49,112 nucleotides of DNA from Amoebophrya sp. A120. Lineage: Eukaryota > Protista > Dinoflagellata. This document shows, in pieces, positions 12,784 through 22,659 of this stretch. The notes beneath the pieces are model-generated. The model ran no database searches. It was not told where the DNA came from and saw only the letters and a program-made list of their open reading frames with translations. Each line of letters starts with the position of its first letter. Position 1 is the stretch's first letter. The position numbers were made by a program, and so were the translations under genes. Location: the NCBI GenBank assembly GCA_905178155.1, contig CAJINV010000023.1, positions 32,576-81,687 of the forward strand, written 5' to 3'.

Positions 12784-13154
12784 AGCTGCTCCTCTTGATT
12801 TAATCTTCCACCAGTTGTGGTCTTACTCTCCTCCTCTGCGGCTCGACCTGGAGGAACAGCGGCTGAAGACAACACGGACGGCGCAAAAACTCCAGGCAGA
12901 TCAACGTTGCTGGTGTCGTCCGGTGAGTGAAACACCTCCTTCATGGGCGACACCGGGGGCGAAGTTTTCACCTTCATCTTGTTGCTGCAGCTGTTCGTTG
13001 TTTTCTTCAACTTTCGACGCAAAACGTTGAGCGTCTACTTGTTACAACTTCTTCTACACCGGAAGTTCTTGCTCTTGTCGGCGTTTTTAGGTCGTGAACT
13101 AGCTCTGGCGTTCCTTCTAGAGTTCCAGTTCTACGTCTGCCTACTTACTACGTT

Positions 13155-13207
13155 GCAAGTCGGTTCCCACTCGTCCGTGCCGCCCGTAAAAAGTCCTTTT
13201 CCCGGTC
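13155..13207 (+). repeat. Direct repeat R4 (53 bp)
   Basis: Identical to 6615-6667. Confidence 0.95.
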
Positions 13208-13683
13208 TGCCCGCGAGCTCGCCGCCGAACGAAAAGGGGCTGCACAGTGGTGATGTTGACCACTTAGTCTCCTCTGACGTTCATCCCGCCTCGCATAGGG
13301 ATAGGCAGACCACCCCCGAGGTGGAGGATCAACGCAGCTCCCCAATTATGAAGCCGACCTCCAAGCGTGCGTTTGCTTGTCCCGGTAGCAGCTGCCCCGA
13401 AGATGTCCCTCGTGCACCGAAGACGACTCCCGAACAAAAGAAGCTTCCCGACCTGACTGCGGACGAGGCAGCTGAGTGCGGCCTTCTGCAACAGACCGTG
13501 GTGGACGATGATGCGCTGCTGGTGCGGGAAGAAGACGCTCGTCAACGTCGCGCCGGCGGGGATCGTCGGACGAGTTTCTCTCGCTCGTCTCACAAGGATC
13601 ATCGTCCGGTCGCGGTTCCGAGAGTCGACCTTCAGGATCGTTTCTCTGCAAGCTTAGCGGCGAAGTTGGCAACTAGTCTGCTA

Positions 13684-13909
13684 TATCCTGTGCAAAAGTA
13701 TCGTACTCGTATTCGCAATCATGCATTACAAATCCTAAATTAGAGATGAATTTATATGCGAAGACACGGAGTGGGGCCCAATGAAAAAAAAAAAAAAATC
13801 ATGCATTACAAATCTTGTTCTTAAGGTAAATCAGCATTACAAATTTTATTTGTCATGCTGAGGAAATTTGTAATGCATTTATACGAGTACGATACTTTTG
13901 CAATGCATA
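13684..13909. mobile_element. Family B introner carrying a nested poly(A)-tailed insertion
   Basis: TSD TGCTA/TGCTA; element absent from the paralogous site at 15302. Confidence 0.95.
13735..13796 (+). mobile_element. Short retroposed fragment (poly-A tail, 18-bp TSD)
   Basis: aatcatgcattacaaatc duplicated at 13717-13734 and 13797-13814; A15 run at the 3' end. Confidence 0.75.
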
Positions 13910-16900
13910 TGCTACAGGACGTAGAGGAAAAGAGAACTCGCGACGGACCGGAGGACCAACGGGCCGGAGGACTTTCGTGTGGAAGTTCGTGCGAAGAGGA
14001 CGGCAAACGAAGAAAAAGATGACTTTCGGCGGAGGCTAGAGATCGATAGAACAACAATGGGTTGTATGTTCGGCCGATCGATGGTAAAAATAAGTAAGTA
14101 CTTGTTCGAGACCACCCGCCGAAGTGAGTCCTCTATATAAACTATCGTGCCGCGTATGCCGTCTATGAATGCCGGTGCTGAGCAGATAAACGCGGAAAAA
14201 ATGAAAAGCACTATTAAGACCTGATGTGTTGAAATTTCAAATAAAGACTGAACTACGTTCATGATCAATTATCGCTCCCTTTGCCAACCGAGAGCCGCGA
14301 GCGCGCGGTCCGCAAGAGTAAAATATTTTTACATACGGATCTCCCGCTATGCTCGCTGCACTGGGTTGAGACTAACGATTACGCTGTAGCAGGAAGTTTA
14401 AGTTTAAGATTAAGTAGTTTTGGAAAAATTATTGTCTCACGACAGGAACTACAAACGGAAATGTTTTCCGCCAGCGCCTCCTCACAAAGATTTATTAGTT
14501 TCTTCGTAGACATGCTGCACTATGTACGGACAGTACCAGTAGAGTAAAAAAAAAAGACAGCACTACAAAGTCCAAATCGTATCTATATTTATTTTCCTGT
14601 ATAATTTGTTCGTCACTACTGTGCTGCCCGCACCTGCAGCCGCAGTCCCGCCGCCAAGGATGAATGAGATTGCTGAAACATGATTTTTTCAACCTGTAGA
14701 AGTTGAAAAACCACGTGAAGCACGATCGGATCTCAAAGCAGAGCACCGCGAGCAGAAAATTTTACCGATACGTAAAACAGCTGGAGACATGAAAGAACCA
14801 CAACGAGAGCGAGAAGAGGGGTACAACTTTGCGATCGTAGACACCGTGTTACAACGAGAATGCTGCAACTGTATGATTTTTCTACGGAAAGGAAAGCCTG
14901 GAAACCGAAACTTGTCATCCCATGATTGGTGATTCACGACGAGGACCTACTCCGTGAGCAGCACTATCTCCGGCGTAGGGCAGGACATCACAAATGTTCC
15001 TTGATTCGCTTGGTCAAAGGTGTCAAAGCTATGTATTGCAGCTCCACTGCCACGAGTCCCATCATAGTGACAAGAAGCAGGACAAAGCTCAGTCTCGTAG
15101 AAGATCTTCACTTGACGTCTTGTGGCCCGCGGCGGGTGAACCAAAAACAGATCTTGTCTTCATGCGCTGGACAAAGAATTGCTCGAGAAGTACTGAGTAG
15201 CGGCGGGTGCTCAAGTTTTTTGTTTTGACCGGTCGCGGTTCCGACAGTCGACCTTCAGGAGCGTTTCTCCTCAAGCTTAGCGGCGAAGTTGGCAACTAGT
15301 CTGCTACAGGACGTAGAGGAAAAGAGAACCCGCGACGGACCGGAGGACCAACGGGCCGGAGGACTTATTTCTTGTGGAAGTTCGTGCGAAGAGGACGGCA
15401 AACGAAGAAATAGATAATTTCCATCGCCTGAGCGATGGTAAAAATACTTCGAGATTGCCGCTGAAGAGCTTCGTACGTATGTGGCTTATAAGAGCCAGCC
15501 TTCGGCATCGGCAGTTGGAGCAAAAGAAACACAATTTACATGAAATTTTAGGGAAAGTTGTTTACAGAACGTGGATGATCAATTTGCCAATCGACAGCAG
15601 CGAGCGCGCGGTCCGTAGTAATGCAGAAGTACTGAGGTATTTTTATCACGGCTCTCCCGCTAGTAACCTCGCTGCGGTAGATTGAGACCAACAATTATGT
15701 GCTGTAGCAGGAAGTTTAAGTTTAAGATTTGAAAGAGTTTAAAGTTAAACACGGGAACGGGATTCGTTTTCCGCAACATCACAAAGATTTTCTTCCAGCC
15801 GTGGGGCATGGACAGTAGAGTAAAAAAAACAAAAGAAAACGACGAACTCGTATTGATGTATAATTTCTATATCGTCAGTAGTTTCTTGCCTGCAGCTGTA
15901 GCCGCGCTAAGGTTAAGTGAGATTGTTGAGACCACATAAAAATTTCGATCTGTAGGTGGGAAACTTGTTGTACAGCCATCAGAGAAAGCCCTCAACAGTA
16001 GCAGCAGAGGATGTTAACTGAGTAGTAAAAGTACTTATGATGTAGTTCCAACCGGAGTGATCAACGAGAAGTGTGGTACTTCTCGAATGTAGGCGTCAAG
16101 TCTAAAACTGCATGATTCTGCGAAAGCAAGAAAGCGTAATCCTTTGGTTGGTAATTTACGAAGACCTACGTCTTGCGCCCTGCTGCTGCTTCTGCTTCTG
16201 CTGCAGGGCAGGACAACGCGAAAAATGTTCGTTGCTTCACATGCTCGGAGGTGTCAACTCTACTGCAGTTCCACTGCTATGTATAAGTTTAAGTCGCGTG
16301 ATAAAGACCATTGCAACCGAGTTGCATGATAGCGACAAGAAGCAGGACCACAAAGTTCAGGTTCGTAGAAGATCTTCACTTGTGATTCGCCGGGTCAACT
16401 ACAAAAAAGAGATCTTGTCTTCATACGAGCCCTGCTACTGTGCTCTATTCAAACTTCCCTTTGGGATTTTACTTTCTACATACGCTGGACAAAGAATTGC
16501 TCGAGAAGTACTGAGTAGCGGCGGGTGCTCAAGTTTTTTGTTTTGACAAAACAAATTGTTGTTGTGGAAGATCTTGAATGAGGACCACCTGCGCCCTGTA
16601 GCGATACGGAGCTACTTCATCTAAGAAGCGTCACCATAGATGGAATAAGACTGCTGTGAAGATGCGGATAACATCAGATGAAAAAGAAGACACAAGGGCG
16701 CAGCCTCACAACGGTTCTCAGAACAAGAAGATCCACTGCGAGGACCGCGACGATTTTTTTGCTCCGTACTGGCTGGTATCCTTTCATCCTCATAGAAGGT
16801 GATAAAGGACTTCTACATACCTACCTCAGGCCAGCGACAAACTGATCGAACTTGAAGCTCCGGAAGATTCTTGAGTGAAGTGCAACTTTCATTTAGCAAG

Positions 16901-17026
16901 GTCCCTCACTAGTAGTGCACTTCAGCTTGTTCTCTAGAAGAAACGGTAGCAGTACTAGAGACGTGCTCTTACAGAAACTTCTCAAAAACAAGCACATAAA
17001 ATCCTGTGAAGAACTAAATTAGCAGA

Positions 17027-20000
17027 ATGACGTCAGTCTTCCGAGGTGTGGATCTTGGGGCGCACCATTCCGTTTGCGCTTCCGCGCCCGTGAACGAGCC
17101 CCACGTCGTCAGCGTTGATGTGAACGACCTTGCCAACCGATCGACGCCCAGCGTATTCTTTGTTTTGTTTGTCTGTAATGCGTAGAAGCTAGTACACCGA
17201 CATGTGTCATGCTAAAACCCAACATCACATCATGTACTTAAGTATCTGTAAGCTAGTACACGGCGTCATGGATCTGTAATGCGGAGAAGCTAGCACACCG
17301 AGTACAAACATGAGTCAACATGCTAAAACCCAACACAAACACCAGGTCGTATCCCTGGAGAACCGGCAGCGGGTGATCGGCGAAGCCGCTGAGTCTCTCG
17401 TCAGCAAGAACCCCAAGCAGACCTTATCCTGAGGAAAAACGCCCCCACCGGATAAGTAGTCAAGATGAGAAATCTGCTACACAAGTCTACAAGCTTAGGC
17501 TGTTGCGCATGACAAGTTCGGCTTTTCGTAGTGCAATCTTGTGCAGTAGCTCGCTCAGAAGCATCACAAACCTGGCTTACTATGCTGCTTGGAGCATTAC
17601 AAATCCCAAAACACGACTAGAAATCGCTTCGCGTGGGGCTCCGCATGAGAAACATTCTCGAGCATGTATTTTTGCATGACAGCTTTCATCGGGTGGGGCC
17701 GTTTTTCCATCTGATAGACCTACACCCACCTCGCCTCGGCGGTTTTTGAAGGAAAGGAAAGCTGTATGAGAGCAGTGCACAACCCCCCCTCCCCTTCATT
17801 TGAAGGGCATTATAAGCAGCAACACAAGTGCTGGCATAAATGCAGCTTTTGCATGACAAATTTGCGACCGATTCCAGTGCTGTTTCGGCTTCTGAAACCT
17901 GTCATGCAAGAAGTGCCAAAGAGAATAGGGCGGATTTGGTATTTTGCATGACAAACGAGGGGGAGAGGGAGTTGTGCATTGTCATAAGCTGTGTGGAGCG
18001 GTATGGCACGTTTTGGAGCACAGAAAACATCGAGTTCGACAACGAAGTGATCGAGAGCGTGCCCCTCTATGACAATGACAAATGCCCCCACGACCCCCGA
18101 ATCGTCGGGAGCATTTGTATTGCAAACCTTCCCAAATGAAACATTCGCCCTCTTGCATCTATCAGCATCATAGACGTCCAATCGTGAATAGCAAAAATTT
18201 GTATTGCAAAAGATCCCAGCAAGAGCGGCGCTTGTCATGCAAGTTATGCGATATACGCCTAGAATCTGCATTAGAAAGATTCATACTCCTTTCATGCACG
18301 ACAAAAAGTTTTCATTTGAAAACTTCGCATCAGAAATTCTTGCAACTTTGGGGGTGGGGGCATTTTTCACTGTAATACCCTCGGAAATTTGTTCGGCCTT
18401 TATTTGAAGAAGCTGCTCAGCCTGAGGCATGTGAAGGTATAAATAGATAGTACCTTAGCCACCGTCTTTGTGTAACCTTGCTGTTCACATCATACAGATC
18501 GAAGATGTAAGTACTGTGTAGCAGTTGTTACCAATACCATCAAGACAAACCTGATTTGTATTCACGCTTGTTCTGCAGCATCATGACAAACTTTGCACAA
18601 AAATAAAACACTAGGGCGCCACGGCCGGTCACGAGGAAGTTGTCCTGGCGGTCCCGGATTTTTTTGACACGACAGGAGACGACAAAAACTCCGCGACGCA
18701 AACCTTTGCCGATGCGTTGAAGCTGATCCCGGAGACCCTCCTCCCCAAGGAGAAAAGCAACCTGAAGCTTTGTTACCACAGCGAGGCGCTGGCGACGCAG
18801 TGGTTGGTGAAGTACGAAAAGAGGCTTGAGGAGGAGCTAGCTCTCTGCAACAAAAACTCGGGAGATGAGCCGGAGAAAATCGAACAAAACGATGCACAGT
18901 TTCTCTTGCTGATTGATGTCGGTTTTTCGCAGACCACCGCGACTTTAGTGGAGATAAGGAAAGAAGCAGAAAACACCCAAGGCGAAGTAGAGGAGAATAA
19001 CTCGTACAACAAGATGGAAGTGGAGCAAGACAGCTCTCCGGAAAAGAAAAGCAACGTATGAATTGCAAAAGTATCGTACTCGTATAAATGCATTACAAAT
19101 TTCCCCCGCATGAGAAATAAAATTTGTAATGCAGATTTGCCTTGGGAACAAGATTTGTAATGCAAGACTTGCATTTATACGAATGCGATACTTTTGCACA
19201 GGATACAACGCTGAAACGAACGAAAATAAATCGGACCCGACCAAAGAGCGTATCGTGGCGAAAATCGTGAAAAAGCAGGCAATATCAAATGTAAAAGTGT
19301 CTGGGTCTGGAAGAGTGCATGTTTGTCATGCTTGTCTGGCATGACTCTTAAATCTGTCATGCACGTTACCCAAGAGCTCCATTTTTCTGTGATGCAGAAG
19401 CGCAGTTTGTCATGCGGAATTGGCAACACCTAGAAGCTCAGAAACTTGTCATGATGAGCCAGCACTTGTGGCCTCATCATGAGACGCCACCCAGCATCAC
19501 AAGTCTCCAGACCCAGACATTTTTACATTTGATAGGCAACGAAAAACCTTTCCGTCTACAACTTCATCGAGCAGCTGACAAAGCGCGGTCTAGAGCACGC
19601 GGAACAAAAGTACAAGCAGAGTTACATATCAATTGCAAAAGCATTGTACTACGTATGAATAGCATTACAAATTTTCTCAGCATGATGAGAAATGGAATGT
19701 GTAATGCTGATTTAGCTTAAGAAAGAGATTTGTAATGCATGATTGCAAAATACGAGCACGATGCTTTTGCACTGCATATTACAGTATCAGCAGCAAGAAG
19801 GGGTTCAAATTAAAACAAGCGATGACCAAGGCGTTGAAAGTATCCTGAGTAAAAACTACGTCCCCGCACCATAGTCAAGATGGTGATTTTGCTACACAAA
19901 TCAACAAGTTTTGGCTGTTTCGCATAACAAGTTTAGACTCGTAGTGTAGTCGTGCTGTTTGAGGTAGTGCAGCCGCATGACAAATCGACTACTTTATCCT

Positions 20001-22659
20001 GATTCCAGCATCACAAACTTCCAGATAGCATGAGAAAATGTTTCGCATGGGGATCCGCATGAGAAACATTTCGAGCATGACAGTTTAGCATGACAACTAT
20101 GGGGTGGGGACGTTTTTACATAGGATAGAAAGAGCTCTCCATGCTCCCAGAAGCCAGCGTAAACCTGGAGTGTTGGCTGGACGACGACGTCGACTTCCAC
20201 TTGGACCTGAAACGCGCCGATTTGGAACACGCACTAGAAAAGGAGCTTAAATTACTGGAAGAACTGGTAAAAGACGTCGCAGCACCGGCTGTAAAAATTG
20301 CAGGCGGAGATGAAGTAGATGTTGGCAACAACGACATTGCTTCTTCATCAAACAAGAAGCTCCACGTGGAAATTGTCGGTGGTGGTGTCCGGATCCCTAT
20401 CGTCGCTAGCACCATCGAGTCTGCGGTGTCAGCAGCAACTGGCGCTACCACGACCCTCGGCCGGGGCCTTGACGGGAGTTCTGCGGTCGCGACCGGCGCT
20501 TGTCTACGCGCGGGGCCGTTGGGGAAGAAGTTTCTACTGGACACAACCCTCGACAGCGCGAAGATCTTCGGGATCAGTGCAACATCTGCCGACGAAGAAA
20601 CGATAAGGGCGTTGGAAGCGAAGATGGAAGGAGTCGAGAACAAAGAAACGGCGAGACTCGAAGCGCTGAACAAATTGGAAGCGTATCTGTTCGAGGGGAA
20701 GAGGATTTTGCAGGATTCGAAGGAAAATACCCTGTTCACAAATCCAAACGCGGGTGAAGACGCGAGTGAGGAAGAGAAAAACGATATCAAATGTAAAAGT
20801 GTCTGGGTCTGGAAGGATGCAACTTGTCATGCTGTTTGTCGACTCTAAAAAAAAATTGTAGTGCATGACCAGCAAAAGGGGCACAATTTGTGCTACACGG
20901 ACAGGGCATTTCTCATGCGGAAGGTGCATCAGGAAGCCCTCTAAAAGTCTGCGATGCTAGACCATGCATTACAGGCATCATGGGTCTAAGAAATATGCAT
21001 GACAAATCTCGCATTCTTCCAGTTCCAGACCCAGACATTTTTGCATTTGATAAACGACAAGGGTAAGCAATTGCTGAAAGAATTCGACGAATTAGAGCTG
21101 TGGTTTCTGGACAATGTTCAGGACGAGGATATCTCGTTAGAGCAGTACGAGGAAAAGTTCAGTCAGATAAAGCACAAATTCGAGAAATCCGGACAGCAGT
21201 ATTTTGAGAAAAAGAAGCAAGAGCAGGAAAAGCTCGAGGCGGAACTGGCAGTTCTCAACGAGCAGAGGAAGCTCGAGCAAGACTCGGCCGACAAGGAGGA
21301 CCACGACAGCCGAAAGCTTCCTATGAACCGCAAAAGCATCGCACTCGTCGTAGTAATTGCAAGCATGCGTCACGAATCTTTTTCTTAAGGTAAATCCGCA
21401 TTTACAAATTTTACTATCCATGCTGAGGAAATTTGTAATGCATCTAATATACGAGGAGTGCGATACTTTTGCAATTCATACTTCCGAACAAGGAACGACT
21501 CCGGATGGCGGAGAAGCAACGGGTTGAGGGGAACGAGCTGTTTAAGGCTGGGGTCTACCAGGAAGCCATCCAGCGGTACCAGAAAGCGCACGTGAACCTG
21601 TCGAAGTTGTTCGATTTGAGTCCGGAAGACACGGAAGAAAAAGACAAAATCGGCTTGTCCTGCTACCTGAACACCGCGATGTGCTATTTGAAGGGGGTAG
21701 AATTTTGATTTCTGTGGATGGTTTAGAAATCGCGTCACAATCAAATTAAGTTTGTTTAGCATTTTTACAAAGGAAATTCAAATTTGTTACGCCGATTTAC
21801 AACTCTAAAAATTGATGAGATGTGTATATCGCATGATTAACTAAACAGGTCGACCAGCAGGCTTCCAAGGACGTGCAGCTGCAGCTTTGTCAGAAAGTCG
21901 TATCAAACGCAAATATGTCTCAGACATCGGGAAGGACGCGAACTTGTGATGCGTGTTGCGGATCATACAAAAATCTGTGTTGATGCATGGCTTGCAAAAG
22001 TAGGTGCGCACTTCTGGCCATGCTGACCGGACATTTCTCATGCAGCACAGGCATGACGACCTCCAAGGGGCTCCAGAACCTGTGATCATGTATAGGCCCT
22101 GCATCACAGACTTGGCGGAGCTTGGAAGAACTACATGACAAATCTCAGAATCTTGTTCGAGACGCAGACATGTTTGCATATGCATAAGTCGTTCGCCAGT
22201 GCGATTCCGCGCTTGACATTGACGGAAAGAACGTCAAGGCTCTGTTTCGAAAGGCCACCGCGTTGGAGAAGCTTGGCGACATTGACTCGGCGAGAAAGTG
22301 CTCGAAACTGGGACTCAGTATCGACGAATCAAACGCGGAATTTACGAAACTTGATAAGAAGCTGGAGAGAGTATGACAGTGCACAACCCCTCCTCCCGCC
22401 CATCATTTGTATAGCATGAACAGCAATACGAATTACTACAAGCATCAACAAAAATGCCGGATCTGCATGACAAAGTTGCACTGGATTTTAGTGCTGTTTC
22501 GGCTACCAGAACTTGTCATGCAAACAGTGCCACAGGGCAAAGGGTGGACTTGGCATTTTGCATGACAAACAAGGGGAAGGGGGTTGTGCACTGTCATAGA
22601 GAGCACAAGCGGAGCAGAAGAAAAAGGCACAAAAGATGTACGGAAAAATGTTTGGTTGA
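17027..22659 (+). CDS. Hsp110/Hsp70-like nucleotide-binding domain protein fused to a C-terminal FKBP/Cyp40-type TPR domain; 11 introners plus GT-AG introns at 17153-17345, 18437-18614 (possibly split by a micro-exon) and 21697-21848
   Basis: Reconstructed motifs: GVDLG, VNDLANRSTPSVVSL, RVIGEAA, VVLAVPDFF, LLIDVGFSQT, ASVNLECWLDDDVDF, VEIVGGGVRIP, LDGSSAVATGACL, NKLEAYL; TPR region EGNELFKAGVYQEAIQRY, YLNTAMCYLK, NVKALFRKATA, ending KMYGKMFG*. The frame stays open after every excision. Confidence 0.9.
17425..17716. mobile_element. Family C introner
   Basis: tatcctgaggaaaaacgcccccacc...ggtggggccgtttttccatctgata; TSD GACCT/GACCT. Confidence 0.95.
17765..17986. mobile_element. Family D introner
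   Basis: tatgagagcagtgcacaacccccc...ggagttgtgcattgtcata; TSD AGCTG/AGCTG. Confidence 0.95.
18068..18377. mobile_element. Family E introner
   Basis: tatgacaatgacaaatgccccca...tgggggcatttttcactgtaata; TSD CCCTC/CCCTC. Confidence 0.95.
19057..19205. mobile_element. Family B introner
   Basis: tatgaattgcaaaagtatcg...cgatacttttgcacaggata; TSD CAACG/CAACG. Confidence 0.95.
19283..19534. mobile_element. Family A introner
   Basis: tatcaaatgtaaaagtgtctgggtctgga...tccagacccagacatttttacatttgata; TSD GGCAA/GGCAA. Confidence 0.95.
19627..19778. mobile_element. Family B introner
   Basis: tatcaattgcaaaagcattg...cgatgcttttgcactgcata; TSD TTACA/TTACA. Confidence 0.95.
19841..20127. mobile_element. Family C introner
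   Basis: tatcctgagtaaaaactacgtcccc...ggggacgtttttacataggata; TSD GAAAG/GAAAG. Confidence 0.95.
20785..21052. mobile_element. Family A introner
   Basis: Family A TIRs; TSD AACGA/AACGA. Confidence 0.95.
21322..21480. mobile_element. Family B introner
   Basis: Family B TIRs; TSD CTTCC/CTTCC. Confidence 0.95.
21901..22186. mobile_element. Diverged family A introner
   Basis: tatcaaacgcaaatatgtct...agacatgtttgcatatgcata; TSD AGTCG/AGTCG. Confidence 0.9.
22372..22598. mobile_element. Family D introner
   Basis: tatgacagtgcacaacccc...ggggttgtgcactgtcata; TSD GAGAG/GAGAG. Confidence 0.95.

Larger units (their letters stand above)
10342..13030 (-). pseudogene. Captured fragment of a minus-strand low-complexity gene with 5 complete introners
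   Basis: Frame ...LDPNRF continues as SQLTGKKLSAKEKFRRMFKSMAVSHADKLRKELFRLDLCLHRL after removing 10475-10783; ORFs 12735-13022 and 12080-12451 join across 12446-12783. Confidence 0.6.
5734..14022 (+). pseudogene. Putative secreted low-complexity protein gene (~505 aa if reconstituted), disrupted by a 6.5-kb insert; join 5734-6667, 13208-13683, 13915-14022
   Basis: Hydrophobic N-terminus MKMLMLLLQIGFFLVFTTFS. ORFs 5734 and 12943 share the in-frame peptide QVGSHSSVPPVKSPFPG encoded by the 53-bp direct repeat. The joined length is 1518 nt with an open frame to TGA at 14020-14022. Confidence 0.6.
13606..16547 (+). repeat. Diverged tandem duplication (13606-15228 vs 15229-16547) of the gene 3' end plus downstream DNA
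   Basis: Both units start ccggtcgcggttccga(g/c)agtcgaccttcagg and end gctcgagaagtactgagtagcggcgggtgctcaagttttttgttttgac. Confidence 0.9.

Noticed and set aside
6615-13207. 41-bp repeat as a dinoflagellate spliced-leader relic, a true CRISPR repeat or an integron attC site
   Set aside because: It does not resemble the DinoSL (DCCGTAGCCATTTTGGCTCAAG), lacks palindromic structure, and reads as in-frame host exon sequence.
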